Positions 1-14,026 of a stretch of 37,510 bases of DNA are shown here, in pieces. Each line of letters starts with the position of its first letter. Position 1 is the first letter of the stretch. The stretch is from Bugula neritina. Taxonomy: Eukaryota; Animalia; Bryozoa. Both the position numbers and the translations under genes were made by a program. A model generated the notes under the pieces. The model searched no databases and was not told the origin of the DNA. It worked only from the letters and a program-made list of their open reading frames with translations. The DNA is taken from contig CAXIUT010000028.1 in assembly GCA_964035545.1 (NCBI GenBank), positions 1 to 37,510 on the forward strand, read 5' to 3'.

Positions 1-100
1 CCCAACCCCAACCCCAACCCCAACCCCAACCCCAACCCCAACCCCAACCCCAACCCCAACCCCAACCCCAACCCCAACCCCAACCCCAACCCCAACCCCA
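1..100. repeat. Left telomere, (CCCCAA)n
   Basis: Perfect C4A2 hexamer array at the 5' end; same repeat as Tetrahymena-type ciliate telomeres. Confidence 0.98.
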
Positions 101-232
101 TAGATTTTAATATAAAATATGAACAATAATAACTATATTTGATACATTTAATAAAAATATTTCTCAGATTTAAATCTCTGACAAAATTTCAGGCTCATTA
201 TCATTAAAAGATGAAAATTATTAAATCAACAA

Positions 233-1867
233 TCAATGAATTATTTATAATCCTTTTAATTTACACTCAAGGTCATGTAAATTTTCTACAGATAGTTGGG
301 CAGGTTTGATCTAATTAATCATTTCCAGACGAGACATTCGACTAAAATATTAACTATCAAAGAAGTAGTTAGTGAGATAACCATTTAATTGATAATAAGT
401 CATTACAAAATCTAATCTTACAGCTTATAATTGATTTTTTTAAGATAATTATTTTTAGCTAATACCTATTTTTTACTTTTAAAGGTTCTTCCATATAGCT
501 TTACATTCATCTATCGCATAACCTAGGCCTAAGATAGAAAGAAATTCAGATCGCTAAAATTTAGTATCAGCAATACATGTTAGCTTTTTATCTTTAGCAA
601 CAAAAGGAAGCCATTATTTTATTTCCTTGACCAAAGGATCAAATCTTTTCCTGTATTATTAGATTGATTTAACATATTTAGCTGATGATTAACTCACAAG
701 AAATTAATTCCATCCTTCTATCATAAATGGATTTTATCCTTTAAGGCTAATTTATAAAGCCTATAATTGACTCAGTAGCTGCTTCACAGCTATAAATCGA
801 AGACCAAGAGTTGATCTACCTGAGCTACTAATTGAAGGGAACATATCATTTAACCTTTTAAGGAATCTCATCCAATTTAAGTGTGTAAGAAATTGTTTTT
901 ATGGAGTATAATAGCTTCCATTTGTTTGTCTATGGTGTAAAATTTTGGGTTTATTGAGGTTATTACCTTCTATTTGAGCACATTGTTCATTAGTTTAGTG
1001 ACAACTTGTAACTTTTCTAAGAAGTAATGGACCATTGTTATTGATAAGGCGATTTGTTAATGCATGATTCATAAGTTAATTGAGAGAAAATCTTTTTTTC
1101 TAATCAGGAGTCAAACATTTCCTAATAAAATCTTTTAAATCTTCAGATAAACTTTTTAATAGAGAGATTTGATTTTTATTGATTTATTCTTTAAGCTGTT
1201 TTTAACTACTACAAGCCCAAGGAGCTTTACCATGAAGAATTTAATAAAACATGACTCCAATTGACCAGATATCATTTTTAACTGTATAAATATTGCTATG
1301 TAGTGCTTAAGGACTCATATATAAGGGAGATCCAACGTTTGTTGACTCTTTAGAATTAGACGATATCCTTTTAGCGAAACCAAAATCGGCTATTTTAACT
1401 GTTTTATCTTTTAGAAGAATATTTGCTGGTTTAAGATCTCGATGCAAGTATCCATTATCTGAAATGTGTATAAGTCCCATAATAATTTAACGAATAATTG
1501 GAAGAGCTTAATCTTCTGATAATTTTTATCTCTTTTTGAGAAGATTTTAAAGATCTCCCTAGTTACAGAACTCAGTAATGATATAGCAGTTATTAGCTGT
1601 GCTGAAGATATCGTGACATTTGATTAAGTTGGTATGATTCAACTTTTTAAGCGCATCGATTTCTCCTTAAAGCATACGTTTTTAAGGTTTTCCTTGAATA
1701 AGTCGAATGTCAATTACTTTGATAGCTACTTTTTCTTTTGTTTTATCATTTTGACCACGATAAACAATTGAGCTAAATCCTCGACCAATAATATCTTTTA
1801 ATCCATAAGAGTAGTCTTATATCTTTTTCCTCAACTCATTGCTATTAGAAATCTGTTGGTTTATCAT
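233..1867 (-). CDS. Ser/Thr protein kinase (ULK/ATG1-like ciliate type) with C-terminal extension
   Basis: 545 codons from ATG to TGA when TAA/TAG are sense. Motifs GRGFSSIVY, VAIK, HRDLKPANIL, DFG, VGSPLYMSP[TAA], DIWSIG. Confidence 0.9.
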
Positions 1868-1936
1868 TTAAATTTGAGATAACTGTTTATTAAATTCTAA
1901 GTTCTATTAATATTGATTAATGAATGTAGTTAAGAA

Positions 1937-3373
1937 TCATTTTTTAGCACTGAATTTGCTAATTTTAGGCATTACAACTGATTCAAATCTCTTTCCGGCA
2001 GAATTTTTAGCTGAACTAGTTTAGACTAGAGTATCTACTTTTCCAGTCAAAATGTTTTATTTTCCCATCTTGAAATCAATGCAACTATCTTTTTTAAGTC
2101 CTTTGTCAAGTTTACGTGCAGGGTTATTTGTTGTCAAAAGAGGAGAATCACAAGACGGATATTCTTTAGAAGCTTCAGTAGAACTTGAGGTTTTTTTAGA
2201 TAGTTCTCCAACAAAATCAATTTCTTCTTCATCTTCATCTTCAATAGATTAAAAGAATGGATGATTTAAAGCATCAGTTGAGCTAATTCTATCATGAGGG
2301 GATTTTTTCAACATTTTAATGAGCAGATCAAGAGCATTATGGTCAAGTTGTTTGTATTAAGAAGATTCAAAATTAAAATTACTAGCTCTATTTTGCGCCA
2401 AAACTTCACTTTGTTTTTTACCTGGAAAGGCATGTACTCCAAGAAGGAGAAGATGGAAGATAAGTCCAAGACTGAACATATCACAAATTGGGTCATATTT
2501 AGTTCTTAGATCTTTAATATTAATGACTTCATGAGCAACATATCCGGGAGTTCCACATCGAACAAATAGATATTATTCACAGTTAGCAAACTATGCCAGA
2601 CCGAAGTCTGCAATAACGCATTCCCAACTATTTTGAGAACGGAATATAAGATTTTCAGGTTTTAAATCTCTGTGCATAATTTTTTTAGAATGCATCTATT
2701 TTAATCCCTGAAGAATAGAGTGCATTATCATTTTTGTTTCATTGGCTTTGAACTTATACTTATTTTTAATTTTATCCATTAATTGACCTCCCTAGAGCAA
2801 CTACACCACAATGTAAAGAGAGTTATCTGATTCAAAAACTTCATGAAGCTTCATACAGCATTTATGGCTAAGACTTCTCATGATCTAGATTTATTTTATC
2901 AGACATTATTTTCCTTTATCTTCCCTGTAGGCTGCTTCCTTAGAAAATGCCTTAATAGCAAAATTTTTTCCAGCTTCTAGTTTATCAGCTAGATACACAG
3001 ATGCAAAATTACCTTCACCAATTTTCTTTTTTGGTTTGAATTGTTCATGAAAACCTCTTTGATTTAATTTATTTTTCAGGATCTCACGACATGCTTGTAA
3101 ATCATGTTCAGCTTTTAGAGTAAATTGTACACGATCTATTCCTTTTTCAATTTGTTTCTCAAAGGCAAGGGTTATTGGGCTTAAGGTAAAGGCAAATTTG
3201 AGATCAAAGTCAAAAGGCATGATTTGCTTTTTTTTTGAAGAAACTTCAGTTATACAGTTTTCATGAATATTCAGAGTGACCTCATATTCAGAATTGCGAA
3301 CAGCTGTACAGGTAAAGAGTAGTTTACCTGTAGAAGACACTGAGTTAGTGAACATAGGAGCTATGATTTCCAT
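1937..3373 (-). CDS. CAMK-group Ser/Thr kinase with N-terminal PH-like region
   Basis: Extends track ORF 2906..3373 through UAR codons to TGA at 1937 (479 codons). Motifs [16 protein letters not shown][TAA]I (alphaC Glu), [24 protein letters not shown]. Confidence 0.9.
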
Positions 3374-3729
3374 GGATTTAGAAGATAATATAAATTTCTT
3401 CCATTTAAATAACTATTTAAATTAGAAAGAAGGATTTGTTCTAGATAACCGTTTCAGATAAATTACTGATTCTAAAACAAGTACTTTTATATTTTATCCA
3501 TTTATTTTTCTTCAATACTAATAGATATTCTTCTTAAATTAATCAAAATTGTCTTTATTTAAATATTTATTTTACTTTTGATATAATTATTGATTAAAAA
3601 TAACAAAAAAAATCTTATTTCTCAATATTTTATGAACTAGCTTCATTTTTATCTTTTTATATTGATTTATTTGAGTTTTTAAAAGATGAAAATATATTAA
3701 AATAACTGATAAATAGTGTAAATAAAATA

Positions 3730-5808
3730 TCAAAAAGCAAATTTAGACATAGATTTACGTCTTTCCTCAAGTAGTTAGTTCAAATGAGGATGAAATTGTT
3801 CATTTTTAACTACACTTACCTTTATTTTTTGTCCACTTTTTGAATATCTGGAATGAGACCTTGTAGTTGAAATAGATCGTTGTCTATTGAAAACGGAAGA
3901 AGATTTTATTTCCTTTTGCTAATTAACCTTATTACTAATATTTTTTTTAATTTAATTTAATATTTACTCTTTAATTTATTCTCTTTTTTTTATCTATTAA
4001 CTTATAGGATTAGTATATTACAAATAAAATTAAATCCACTCAATTTAATTATAAAGAAGTTTTGGATTTTGAAAATAGTAAGCTGGATTATGAAGTTAAT
4101 TTTCTATTTTTGATGTTCTTTATTGTCCTTCCTCAAAAGAAAGAAGACGAATAAAATCAGCCAACTATTTTTGATTTATTTTTTATGAAATTTGTCGACA
4201 AAAAGATGTTTTCTTAAATTCAGCATAAAATATTTCATTGGAAGTAGTAGTATTATTTTTCTTAATGATTGGTTTCAATAATTAGCACATAAACTCAATT
4301 GCATATTGAAGAATATATTTTTAAGTTTAATTTGAAGGATCATCTGTTTTTAAGATTTTCATAGAGAAATTATCAAGAATTTTACCTATTAAAGGCAATG
4401 TTTCTGGCATAATTAGTCTATCTTAATCTACTAAAAGAATAAATTTATCAGAAAAAGTATTCTATTAGATATATTTTACATTAATTCCAACTATAAATGG
4501 CATAAAATTTTAACGAGCTGCATCAAGAAGCTAAAAAGGGAGATTATGAACAAGCATATGTTACCACTTTAAAGGTTTTATTATCTGTAGTAAACTTTAG
4601 ATAATCATAACAGTTAGATTACTATTTTCACTACATATAATTATCTGTTTTTCAAGTAGTATGGCCGTTATTATTGAAGAAACTACTTGACTAGAAAGAG
4701 GAAGATTAAAGAAGTGACTATACTCGAAAAGATTATTAGGCTTAAGTTTATATAGGTGAAGAATAGGAAGATTTGTTGATTTTTCAACTAGAATAGTTTC
4801 TCCTTTTCTATGTTAGTTACATTTATTAAGATAATATTGAAGTATTATTTCTTTTTTTGGCGTTATTTTATTGTTTAAATTGGAAGGATAAGTGAATTAA
4901 TCTTTTCTTCCTTGAGTTTTTAAACTTAAAAATTAAGATATAATTCTTGGATTAACAAAATGTGAGATTAGAGGTTATGATTTTTGAATTTAACGATAAA
5001 TTTTCAATAAATTCACATGAAGTTTAAAATAAGGTTGCTTTGATAACAAAATTAAGCATTTCGGAATATAAAATTTTTAGCTTAAATGATTATCTTTACT
5101 TATCGAACTGCTATTTATTCTTCTAGACTTAAGAATAAACTATTTTTACTTTGTTATCTCATATTTACATAAAAATTTTGAGCAGTGCAATAGAGACGTT
5201 CACCACTATTTTGTGTTATAACAAAGTATTTCCATCTTTGGTCTTCTATATTTCCATTATTTCTTGAAATAGTGACACTTTCTTCTGTAAAAACATGCTT
5301 CTACAGAAGATCTTCTGAATAGATTATGAGGGGAAATTTTAAAATCCAGTTGCTTAGTCCCAGTTGGTCATTAGGAAACTAAAGAGGTTTCTTCAGATCA
5401 TCATAAAGAAGACCATCTATTTCTTAACATTTATACTTTGAATAGTATAGAAAAGGTATTTTGTCATCTCGAAAGTTTTAATTTATATAACAAGGAATGA
5501 TTTAGGAAAGTTTAGTTGTAGCTTATATAAGTCATGCTTAATATCAAAGAACTATTTTAAACAAAAAGCATAAAAAACAATAAATTCTTGGTGGTTTTTA
5601 TATTCTATTGAAGAAAAATAAAAATCCCTTTTTTTGATGTTATTATGTTAGTCTATTGATAATTTTTAAATTATTAACTCATAATATCATTTAAACTATC
5701 AAAAATAGCGCTTCTCCTGTCTGTTAAATGATAATTTTGATATATTCTATTTTTAATACCTTGATTTGCTTCGCCTTTTAGATTAAGATGATCCTTAAAT
5801 ATTGACAT
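3730..5808 (-). CDS. DENN domain protein (putative Rab GEF); 5' end uncertain
   Basis: uDENN-like YFVITQNSGERLYC...FY[TAA]; core FYIPKCLILLSKQPYF, IITAILLEKQII, PLKW[TAA]HMLVHNLP, MPFIVGI; dDENN-like FYAEFKKT. 20-nt introns at 5417-5436 and 5149-5168. One more frame change near 5630-5680 (indel or intron). Confidence 0.75.
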
Positions 5809-7093
5809 TTTGAAAATCAGCTACTATTTAATATGTTTTTTATCAGAAACTTTATAAAATGTTCACCTTGTTCTCTGATTTTCTAACATTGATCATATAC
5901 TTTACGATGCTTTTATCATCTTATTTAAGGGTCATTATTTTCAGTCGACTTCTTTAAAATTAAATGAAAATAATTCATAATTGTGAATATTTACTCAGTC
6001 TCTCTTGTTGAAAATCCTCCCTCTGTGAAGAAAAAATTTAAACTTTTTTTATTAAATATTATTATAATCATTTAGATAGTGAATAAAATAGATCTAGTGA
6101 TTACTAAAAATGATCTATGATATATTGATAGGCAGTGAATATTATTTTACTATTATTATATTGATAATTAACGAACTCTATATTTAATAAAAAAGATTAT
6201 TTTTAAGCTGAAAGAGTTTACTGAGAGACCATAGTAATTTTTTGATATTTGAATTTGTGTTAATTATCTCGATAACATAAATAGTTTATTTGACCTCTAT
6301 GGTTTAATTAGAGTTTTTACAAGATAAAAAAGAGGAATTCTAATAGTTCCAATCGCAATAACAATGCGAAAAACATTTTTAGAAAAAGTTCTTGATTTTT
6401 GAAGTATAGAGTATCTGTTTCTAACTTAAAACGATTCTTTTATTCACCTTCCATACATGATGTTCGTTGGAATGATTCAGACAATCGAAATGGTAGAATT
6501 TTTACTACTAAGAAGTGATGATTAACATTCAAAAAGACATTTTAAATTAAATAAGTAAACCATATATATGTTACTGTTAAGCTTAGTCGATGGATTTTGA
6601 CATCTTTTTTGAAAAAAAAAGTAAATTAAAAAGACTGTATTTTAATATAAATAAGGTTAGACTTGTAAATGGTCAAATTAAATGTCAATAAGAGTCATTA
6701 AAGGTTAGAATAAATTATGTTAGAAGGAATTCTTTCATGTAAAGAGTGAAGAATTCAAATTAGAATACCACAATAAGCTAAAAAATAGTAAAAGTAAGAT
6801 GAATATCAATAATTTTGCCAAATATAGCAATAAAATGAACTAAAATAAAGAAATAAAGTCTTTTACTCAAACTTTTCCTCTTTGGGTATTCCAAAGGGCC
6901 ATTTGAATTTGTAGGCTTTGTTGGTCAAAAAGAAGCTAATGTAATTCAAAATATCACATAAACTTGTGGTTATGTTGTTGAAGTGTTTTTTGAAGAAAAA
7001 ATACCATCTGACTTTGTGATCAACTTAATTTAAATAGAAGGTTTTCTGTTGAGAGTTGTATAATCGATTTTTAAACAAAAATTCTAAGAGAAC

Positions 7094-7834
7094 ATGACAT
7101 ACTATTATTACTATACGTCAGAAGCCAATAACACACAACCACTAGCCTAACACCAAGGCTATATCTCAAATATCAGTAATATTTATCAAAACAATGAGAA
7201 TTGTTTTCAAAATTCCTGTTTCACATGGACAGTCCCAAATATGGAACTCTTTACAACAAATGAATGTTTCCTTCCATTAAGCTTTTCTCCATACCTTGAA
7301 GAAGTTCAAAACATCCCAACAGCAGCCTCTTCTGCCTCCCAGAAAAAAAGAAGAGTTGAGAAGACTCTTGAAAAGGAAATTATATCAGCAAAGAAGAATA
7401 GCTAGTCAAACTTAATAAATCAATTCTATTCTTTCTTTGGAAGTCGTGAAAAATCGGAGGCAGTTGTTTAAAAATGTTGCAGATTTCTTAAGAAGACAGA
7501 ACAATAAATTGAAAAGATTTTACCCTTATTCTATACTACTATTCGTCATATTAATGCTAAAAGAGGAAGAAAATACGTCAATGCCTCCCTTTTACTCAAG
7601 TTCTTCACTCAAGACTAATTTTCGACTTATCTACCAGAGTTTAAAGAAAAACTAGAGGACTGTTCATTCATTAGCCTGTCTGAACTCTGCTAGATTTTCC
7701 GAAGATGCACCATCTACTTCCTAAAAAATACTAGTGTGTCCGCTATCTTAACTTCTAAAAGAATTTCGATTATTTCGAAAGAAGAGCATCTTAAAAAGTG
7801 TAGAAAGGTCCTTCGCACTTTGTTTGAGAACTGA
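7094..7834 (+). CDS. Hypothetical protein (246 aa)
   Basis: Uninterrupted ATG-to-TGA frame with in-frame UAR; no recognisable domain. Confidence 0.7.
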
Positions 7835-8576
7835 TTGTTTGTGTTTTAATTTTTTTATTTATGAGAGTATAATAAAGAACGAAGAAAAACTATACATAAA
7901 TGATGAAATTATCTTTAATTATTTTAACTAAGTTGGATATTTTGTTGTCCGAAAATACTAATAAAATATTTATGATATTTGTGAAGATTTAATTTTTATC
8001 TTTATTATATATAGAACAATTAACTTTAATTAAAAAAAAAAAATCAAGAAGCATATTTTTGATATGGTCATCATCTAAAAAAATCTTAAATTTAGTACAA
8101 TAAGGAGAAATAATATCTTTACAAGTATAACGAACAAAAAGAAACCCATAGTTTAAACTAATAAATATCTTAAGCTAATACTATCTCATCTAAAAATATT
8201 TCTATGATGAAAAATACCTTTTAAAATTACCAAAGTGAACATGATTTTTAAAATTATTTTTCAGTATTTATTTCTGTATTTTTATCTATTTGAGAAAAAG
8301 ATAGTCAAAAAGATTGATTAAAACATATCTTTTAAATAAGATAAAAATATTTTTTCGACTTAGTATTGTAATAATTTGATCTGATTTTAAAAGTATTAAT
8401 CGATTTTTCTTTTGTCATTGATCTTTTTAGAATGATATTTATAATCAAAAAGTCTACAAAAATCAAATAAAAAAAGAGATAAAATGCCTAGTAATTTATT
8501 AGTTAATATGATTTGATTAATTAATAGAATAAGAAATGAATGAGTAGATTATAAAACTATTTTATCTAATTATTTA

Positions 8577-10184
8577 ATGTCACTATCTAAATTGAAAGAA
8601 AGGCTCAAACATTATAAATCTCTTCAAAATTTAAACTTTAACCATGAGCCGGAACATATAGAACCGTTTACTAATGATTATTCTCAAGGAAATGCTTTAA
8701 AATTAGCTAAACCTAAACGTTAAATCGAAAGTAGGTTGGCTACTTAAATTAACTAAAAAATAGTAACTTCGAAATAAGATCTTAAAAAGTATGCAAAAAC
8801 ACTTAAGCTAAATTCGAAAACGAAAAAGTCTTAAAATAAAAGCAAAGGGTATAATATAACTAAAGGTCAAAATAGAATCAATTCATGTACAAAAAGATTT
8901 ACAAAATAAAAAGTTCACTCTCCTCAGGCATCAAAGTACATTCCCAAGAAAGAAAAAACATAAGCTGGATCACTCATTTATCATGGAGAGAAAAAAAAGA
9001 AAGGACTTAAAAAAGGAAAACAGCAGCAATCAATAGCGAAATGGAAATTTTAACCAATAGAGAGTACTAACTTATTTTAAAAAGGAAAAGTGTCTAAAAG
9101 CAAAGAAGGAATTAGCAAACCGAAATCTCGTAAAAAAATTCATAAAATCTATACTGAAGTAAGCTTAGATTCAACACCATCTAGTCTTTTTACTTAATAG
9201 GTAGAACTTCTTTAACAAATCGGATAAGGAACGTTTGGAAAAGTTTTTAGAGGTCGACTTAGACGAAATAGATAGATAGTAGCTGTTAAAAGAGTCATTC
9301 AAGACACCAAATATAGAAATCGAGAACTAGAGATAGTAAAAGTAGTTGATAATGACTTTATATGTTAAGTTTTAGCTACATACTTAACTCATGAAGGAAA
9401 GCATGAATATTTAAATATTCTAATGAAATACTATGAATAAAATTTATACTAAAGGCTAAAAGGATATCCAAAAAATAAAATGCCGAATCTCTAAATAAAA
9501 ATAATAATTTATCAAATATTCAAAGGATTATCATATCTTCATTCAAGGAATATTTGTCATAGAGATATAAAACCTTAAAATATACTTTTAAAAGGAAATA
9601 AAGCAGCAATATGTGATTTTGGATCTGCTAAAATTCTCATGCCTTAAGAGAAAAATATTTCCTATATCTGTGCTAGGTGTTACAGAGCTCCTGAACTCAT
9701 CTTTGGAGCAACGAAATATACGACTCAGGTTGATATATGGTCAGCAGGTTGTGTTATTCTAGAAATCATTAATAGAGACCCTTTGTTTATTGGAGATACA
9801 AGTATTACTCATCTTTTAGAAATATTTAAAATACTAGGAACTCCATCTCCTTAAGAAGTGCTTTCAATGAATTCTTAATATGATGTAAGTTCATACAATT
9901 TTCCTAAGATTTAAAAGAAATAATGGAAAGATTTATTTCATGATATTGACCCTCTTCTTCAAAAATTATTGAATAAAGTTATGGTCTATGATCCATTTGC
10001 TAGAATGACAGCTCTTGAAGTTTTATCATTAGAATATTTTGATGAACTAAGAGATGAATTAACATATTCTCATATTTCTTCTATGTACCATTTAAAAAAC
10101 TTTTTTAAATTTAATAAAGAGGAACTATTTGATAATTAAAATTTATTGGAAAAAATAGTGCCTAAATGGTATAAAGAAAGATGA
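8577..10184 (+). CDS. GSK3/shaggy-like protein kinase with long basic N-terminal extension
   Basis: [34 protein letters not shown][TAA][49 protein letters not shown]; 536 codons. Confidence 0.92.
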
Positions 10185-10251
10185 AGAAAAGAATAAGTTT
10201 ATTTTTCATGATTTTTATAAATTATCATAATTTAAAGATATTTTACTTTAA

Positions 10252-12828
10252 ATGAAATACTAAAACTAAGAATAATACTACACTTAAGAATAATTCCATA
10301 AAGAAGCTACTGAATGCTTTCTTCTTTTCTAAAAATACAGACTAAAAACTAATTTAATTGGAATCAATTTGTAAAAAGATATGATTGAAGAATCTTATCA
10401 ATCTTTATAAGAAAGAATGGCATAAAAATATTAAGTTCTTTATTAAAAATTACAATTGGGTCTTGATAATCTCAAGAAAAACTTCAATATAGCTCAGGCA
10501 TCCAACATCCGTTCTTTGAATAATATCATTAGAAATTGTAGAAGAAGAGTAGGGCTCTTGGGAAATGAGCCTCTTTCATATTTCAAATATAACAAGTATG
10601 ATACAAGTGAGAAAATGCTTCTTTAATCAATTCTATACAACTAAGTTGATAATTTTTAAGAAATAACTAAATTTAAAGAAGAACTAACAATAGCAATGAA
10701 ACAAGGATAAATTTAAATAAAAGATAGATATTGTCAAAACAGCAAAAACATAAATGAACACAAGAAAGTTTTTTAAGTTATAGATAAATCATAATGCTAT
10801 ACTTTCAAATATTACTAAAATTTTGAAAGATCAATGCTTACAACTATAAGTACCATGGAATCTTACTTTGATAAGTTAAATGCTTATTTAACTATCTGGT
10901 AAAATATCGGTTCAATAAAGGCCTATGAATCAAAAAGTGCAAAATAACTTGAAATGGAATAAAAAAGTGGATATGATTCAAACAGAAGATTTATGTAAGA
11001 ATAAAGTGAATAAAAACTTGAATAATTATTTAATAGTGCTCCTCTTAACTCTCTTCAAAGATAGTAGTATAAACGTAGATTAAATGATTTACGTCATTAT
11101 AATATATAAAAAGAGAAAAAAATGTAAATGGTTGGCAGGATGTTTAATAAAAGAAAAAATAAAGTGGGAATATTAGTTAATAAAAGAAGAGACGTTAATT
11201 TGTTAGATTGGTATTATAATTTAGATGGAGACAAAGCCAATTTTTCATTCAAAGATTAATACAATGTATTTAGCGCTTAAAATTAAACTGGATAATATCG
11301 TCCAACTAAATATTAACTAAAAACTCCCATAAGAAAAGAAAGAATCAACTAAATCAGAGAACTCATGTATAAAAAACAGATGAATACATCTTTAAACTAT
11401 GATTGGATATTCGATAAATATGGTAAATAGGGAGCTTTTAATATAATTCTTTGTAGTGGACAGCAAATTCAAAAAAGAGCTGAGTTCTAAATGACTAAAC
11501 AGATATAGTTTCAAAATACAGATGATAGAAGAAAAAGAGAGATTTATGAAAAACAAGTTCATCATATAAGGGATTCATAGCGAAGATAGTCATTGAGAAT
11601 TGGATATGTACATGCTTATTAGAAAGGAGAATTATAAACATTGCAATAAAGATCATATAATAGCTAATATTTACCTTAAATGCTTGAAGATGATTCTGAT
11701 TCCAGTTTTGATTTTTCAGATTAGGATTAATATGAAATCTAAGAACAAAATAGTTAAACTTAGAACAAAAATTAAGCAAATTAAACAAAATATATCAATA
11801 AAGATAGATAGGTTCTTACATCATTTGTAAAAAAAGGTAATCAAACAGTAGAAAAGATAGTATAAAATAAAATAGATGAGAAAGTGATGTAAAAATCTAT
11901 TGAAGAAGCATAAAGAGAATATAATAACTCTTTTTATGATGTTACTTTATAAGAACAAATAATTCGAACATATTTTAGGTCACTTTCTTTAAAAATAGAT
12001 GAAAAACAATCTGAATAATCTTTTAGAACAACAAAGTTTCTTTATTTTGAATCAGTTTAAGATATAAAATGGTAAAATCTTATCAAAAATTTATCTCAAG
12101 AACAAACATTAATCTATACTAAATCAGTAATTATTTTCTTCAAAAAATTATCATCCAAATTAGAGAAAGTAAAGTGCACTATATATCAACTTAATATTGA
12201 ACTTGAATAATAAAAAATAAAAACTTAAATAACATAATGTTTTAATAATATTTGTTTTGTAACTGTCAAATTTATTGACCTTTTTATTGAAATACCGTAA
12301 GATAGTATTAATTGCTTTATGATGGGATTGTTTATTACTCTTGCTAAAGAAGGATAAATGGTCGAAGATTAAGATATTCAACCTTATATTCATAAAGGAA
12401 AAACTATTCTTGAAGACTTTCATTATTATTTCTATCCTGAAGATTATCATGCTCCCAAAAATATGCATGTAAGAAAAATGCAAGGGTTCAAAGGCAAATA
12501 ACTATACAAATCTGTTAAAAAATAAAGTTCTTAAGTAACAACGATAAAATCAACTACTTTTACAAATAAATCTTAGAATATAAAAGAAGTTATAGAATAA
12601 AAATAGCAATAAACTTCAAAGTAGGTTATAAAAGAGAGAAAAGAGTCAGAGAGTGATATTATCAAAGAAAATAAGAACAAATAGAAATAAGTTATTTAAA
12701 AATAACAGGAAAATATGGTAAAACAATAATCATAATAATTTGACAAAGATATTGACGATAATGATAATCATGATGAATAATCATCTTAATCGAGTGACGA
12801 GTAATCAGAAAATTATGAATCCTTATGA
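10252..12828 (+). CDS. Hypothetical protein (858 aa) with acidic tracts
   Basis: 859-codon frame free of TGA; C-terminal D/E-rich tract with interspersed TAA. Confidence 0.75.
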
Positions 12829-13075
12829 TAAATGATGTTTTTATTTTAGAACATATTTAAATAATGACGTGATTCAAAATATTTTTTAAAAAACTATTAT
12901 CGATATTACTTCTTATATCTCTTAAAATTGTTTATTAGATGCGAAATAGAGAAGTAAAATTAAACATTTTTTTATTATTTAGAAACAAGTAAATAATGGC
13001 ACTTTGTTTCTAGTTATTTGTTCTTTATATTCTAAATAAACTAGAGGAATTTAAATAAATATAGAATATTCTCAA

Positions 13076-13984
13076 ATGTTTCCTTCCAATCTCAATAGTA
13101 TTAGCAATTTAGACCTTTGCTCTTTCCAGTCTATGAAGTCTAACTCACTCAGCTTTGATTAGGCTTCCTTTTTCGCCAACTAGATACCTCAAATCTAAAA
13201 TAATGTTCATGATCTCTTTTCTTTTTCGATAAGAAGCTTCAATTAAATCAACCTAGAAGAAAAAGACTTTTCAAAAAGCATGACTACTGGGCTACCATTT
13301 GGAATCCCTTTATTCACAAGTTTTGAGGAGATGATGATTGAATCTCACAAAAAAGTTCTTATTAACACAATTAAAAAGGTTCTTAAACATGTTTAATTCG
13401 ATGAAATAAAGGATATTAGAAAATACGATGAAGGAAAATAGGAAACTTTTGAAAATAATGGATAAGGGAAGTAAAAAATTTAAAAAATTTTAAGCTAGAT
13501 TATTGGAATAAATCATCAAAATGAGAGTAAAATCATGAATATGCTTGAAAAGAAGGAGATTGAAACAAACATTATAATAAATGTTTTGAAAAATACTCCT
13601 AAAGCTATTGATTTCCAAATATTAATGATGATTATCTCAATTATGGAAGGATGTGATCAAATCATGCAATACTTCAATCATAAAAACTTCAAAAAACAAA
13701 TCATTGACAAAAGCTTAAAGCTAGCTTCATAGTTCAGATAGTTCACTCAAATGAAAGAACTGATTGATCTTTCTGACAAAAAAAAGATCAAAACCTTTGA
13801 AGAATTGATACAAAAATGGTTTGTTACATTTTTCTTGATCAAAATTGGAATTTTCTAAAATGAACTTGAAGATAAAACAGTATAATAATACCTAGATTCG
13901 AAACTTTTCAAAAAAATTCGTAAAGTAGACTTAGTAAATCAGGGATTAATAAGACCTAATAAGAAATCAAAAACAAATTAATGA
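13076..13984 (+). CDS. Hypothetical protein (302 aa)
   Basis: ATG-to-TGA frame containing track ORF 13535..13732 in frame. Confidence 0.7.
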
Positions 13985-14026
13985 TTCAATATAAGAATTA
14001 TATTTTTATTTAGATAAATTGATAAA

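Noticed and set aside
5810-7060. One or more small genes
   Set aside because: Several partly open frames on both strands with no recognisable motif; I could not choose a model.
7860-8570. Possible short ORFs
   Set aside because: Extremely AT-rich; open frames are expected by chance when only TGA stops.
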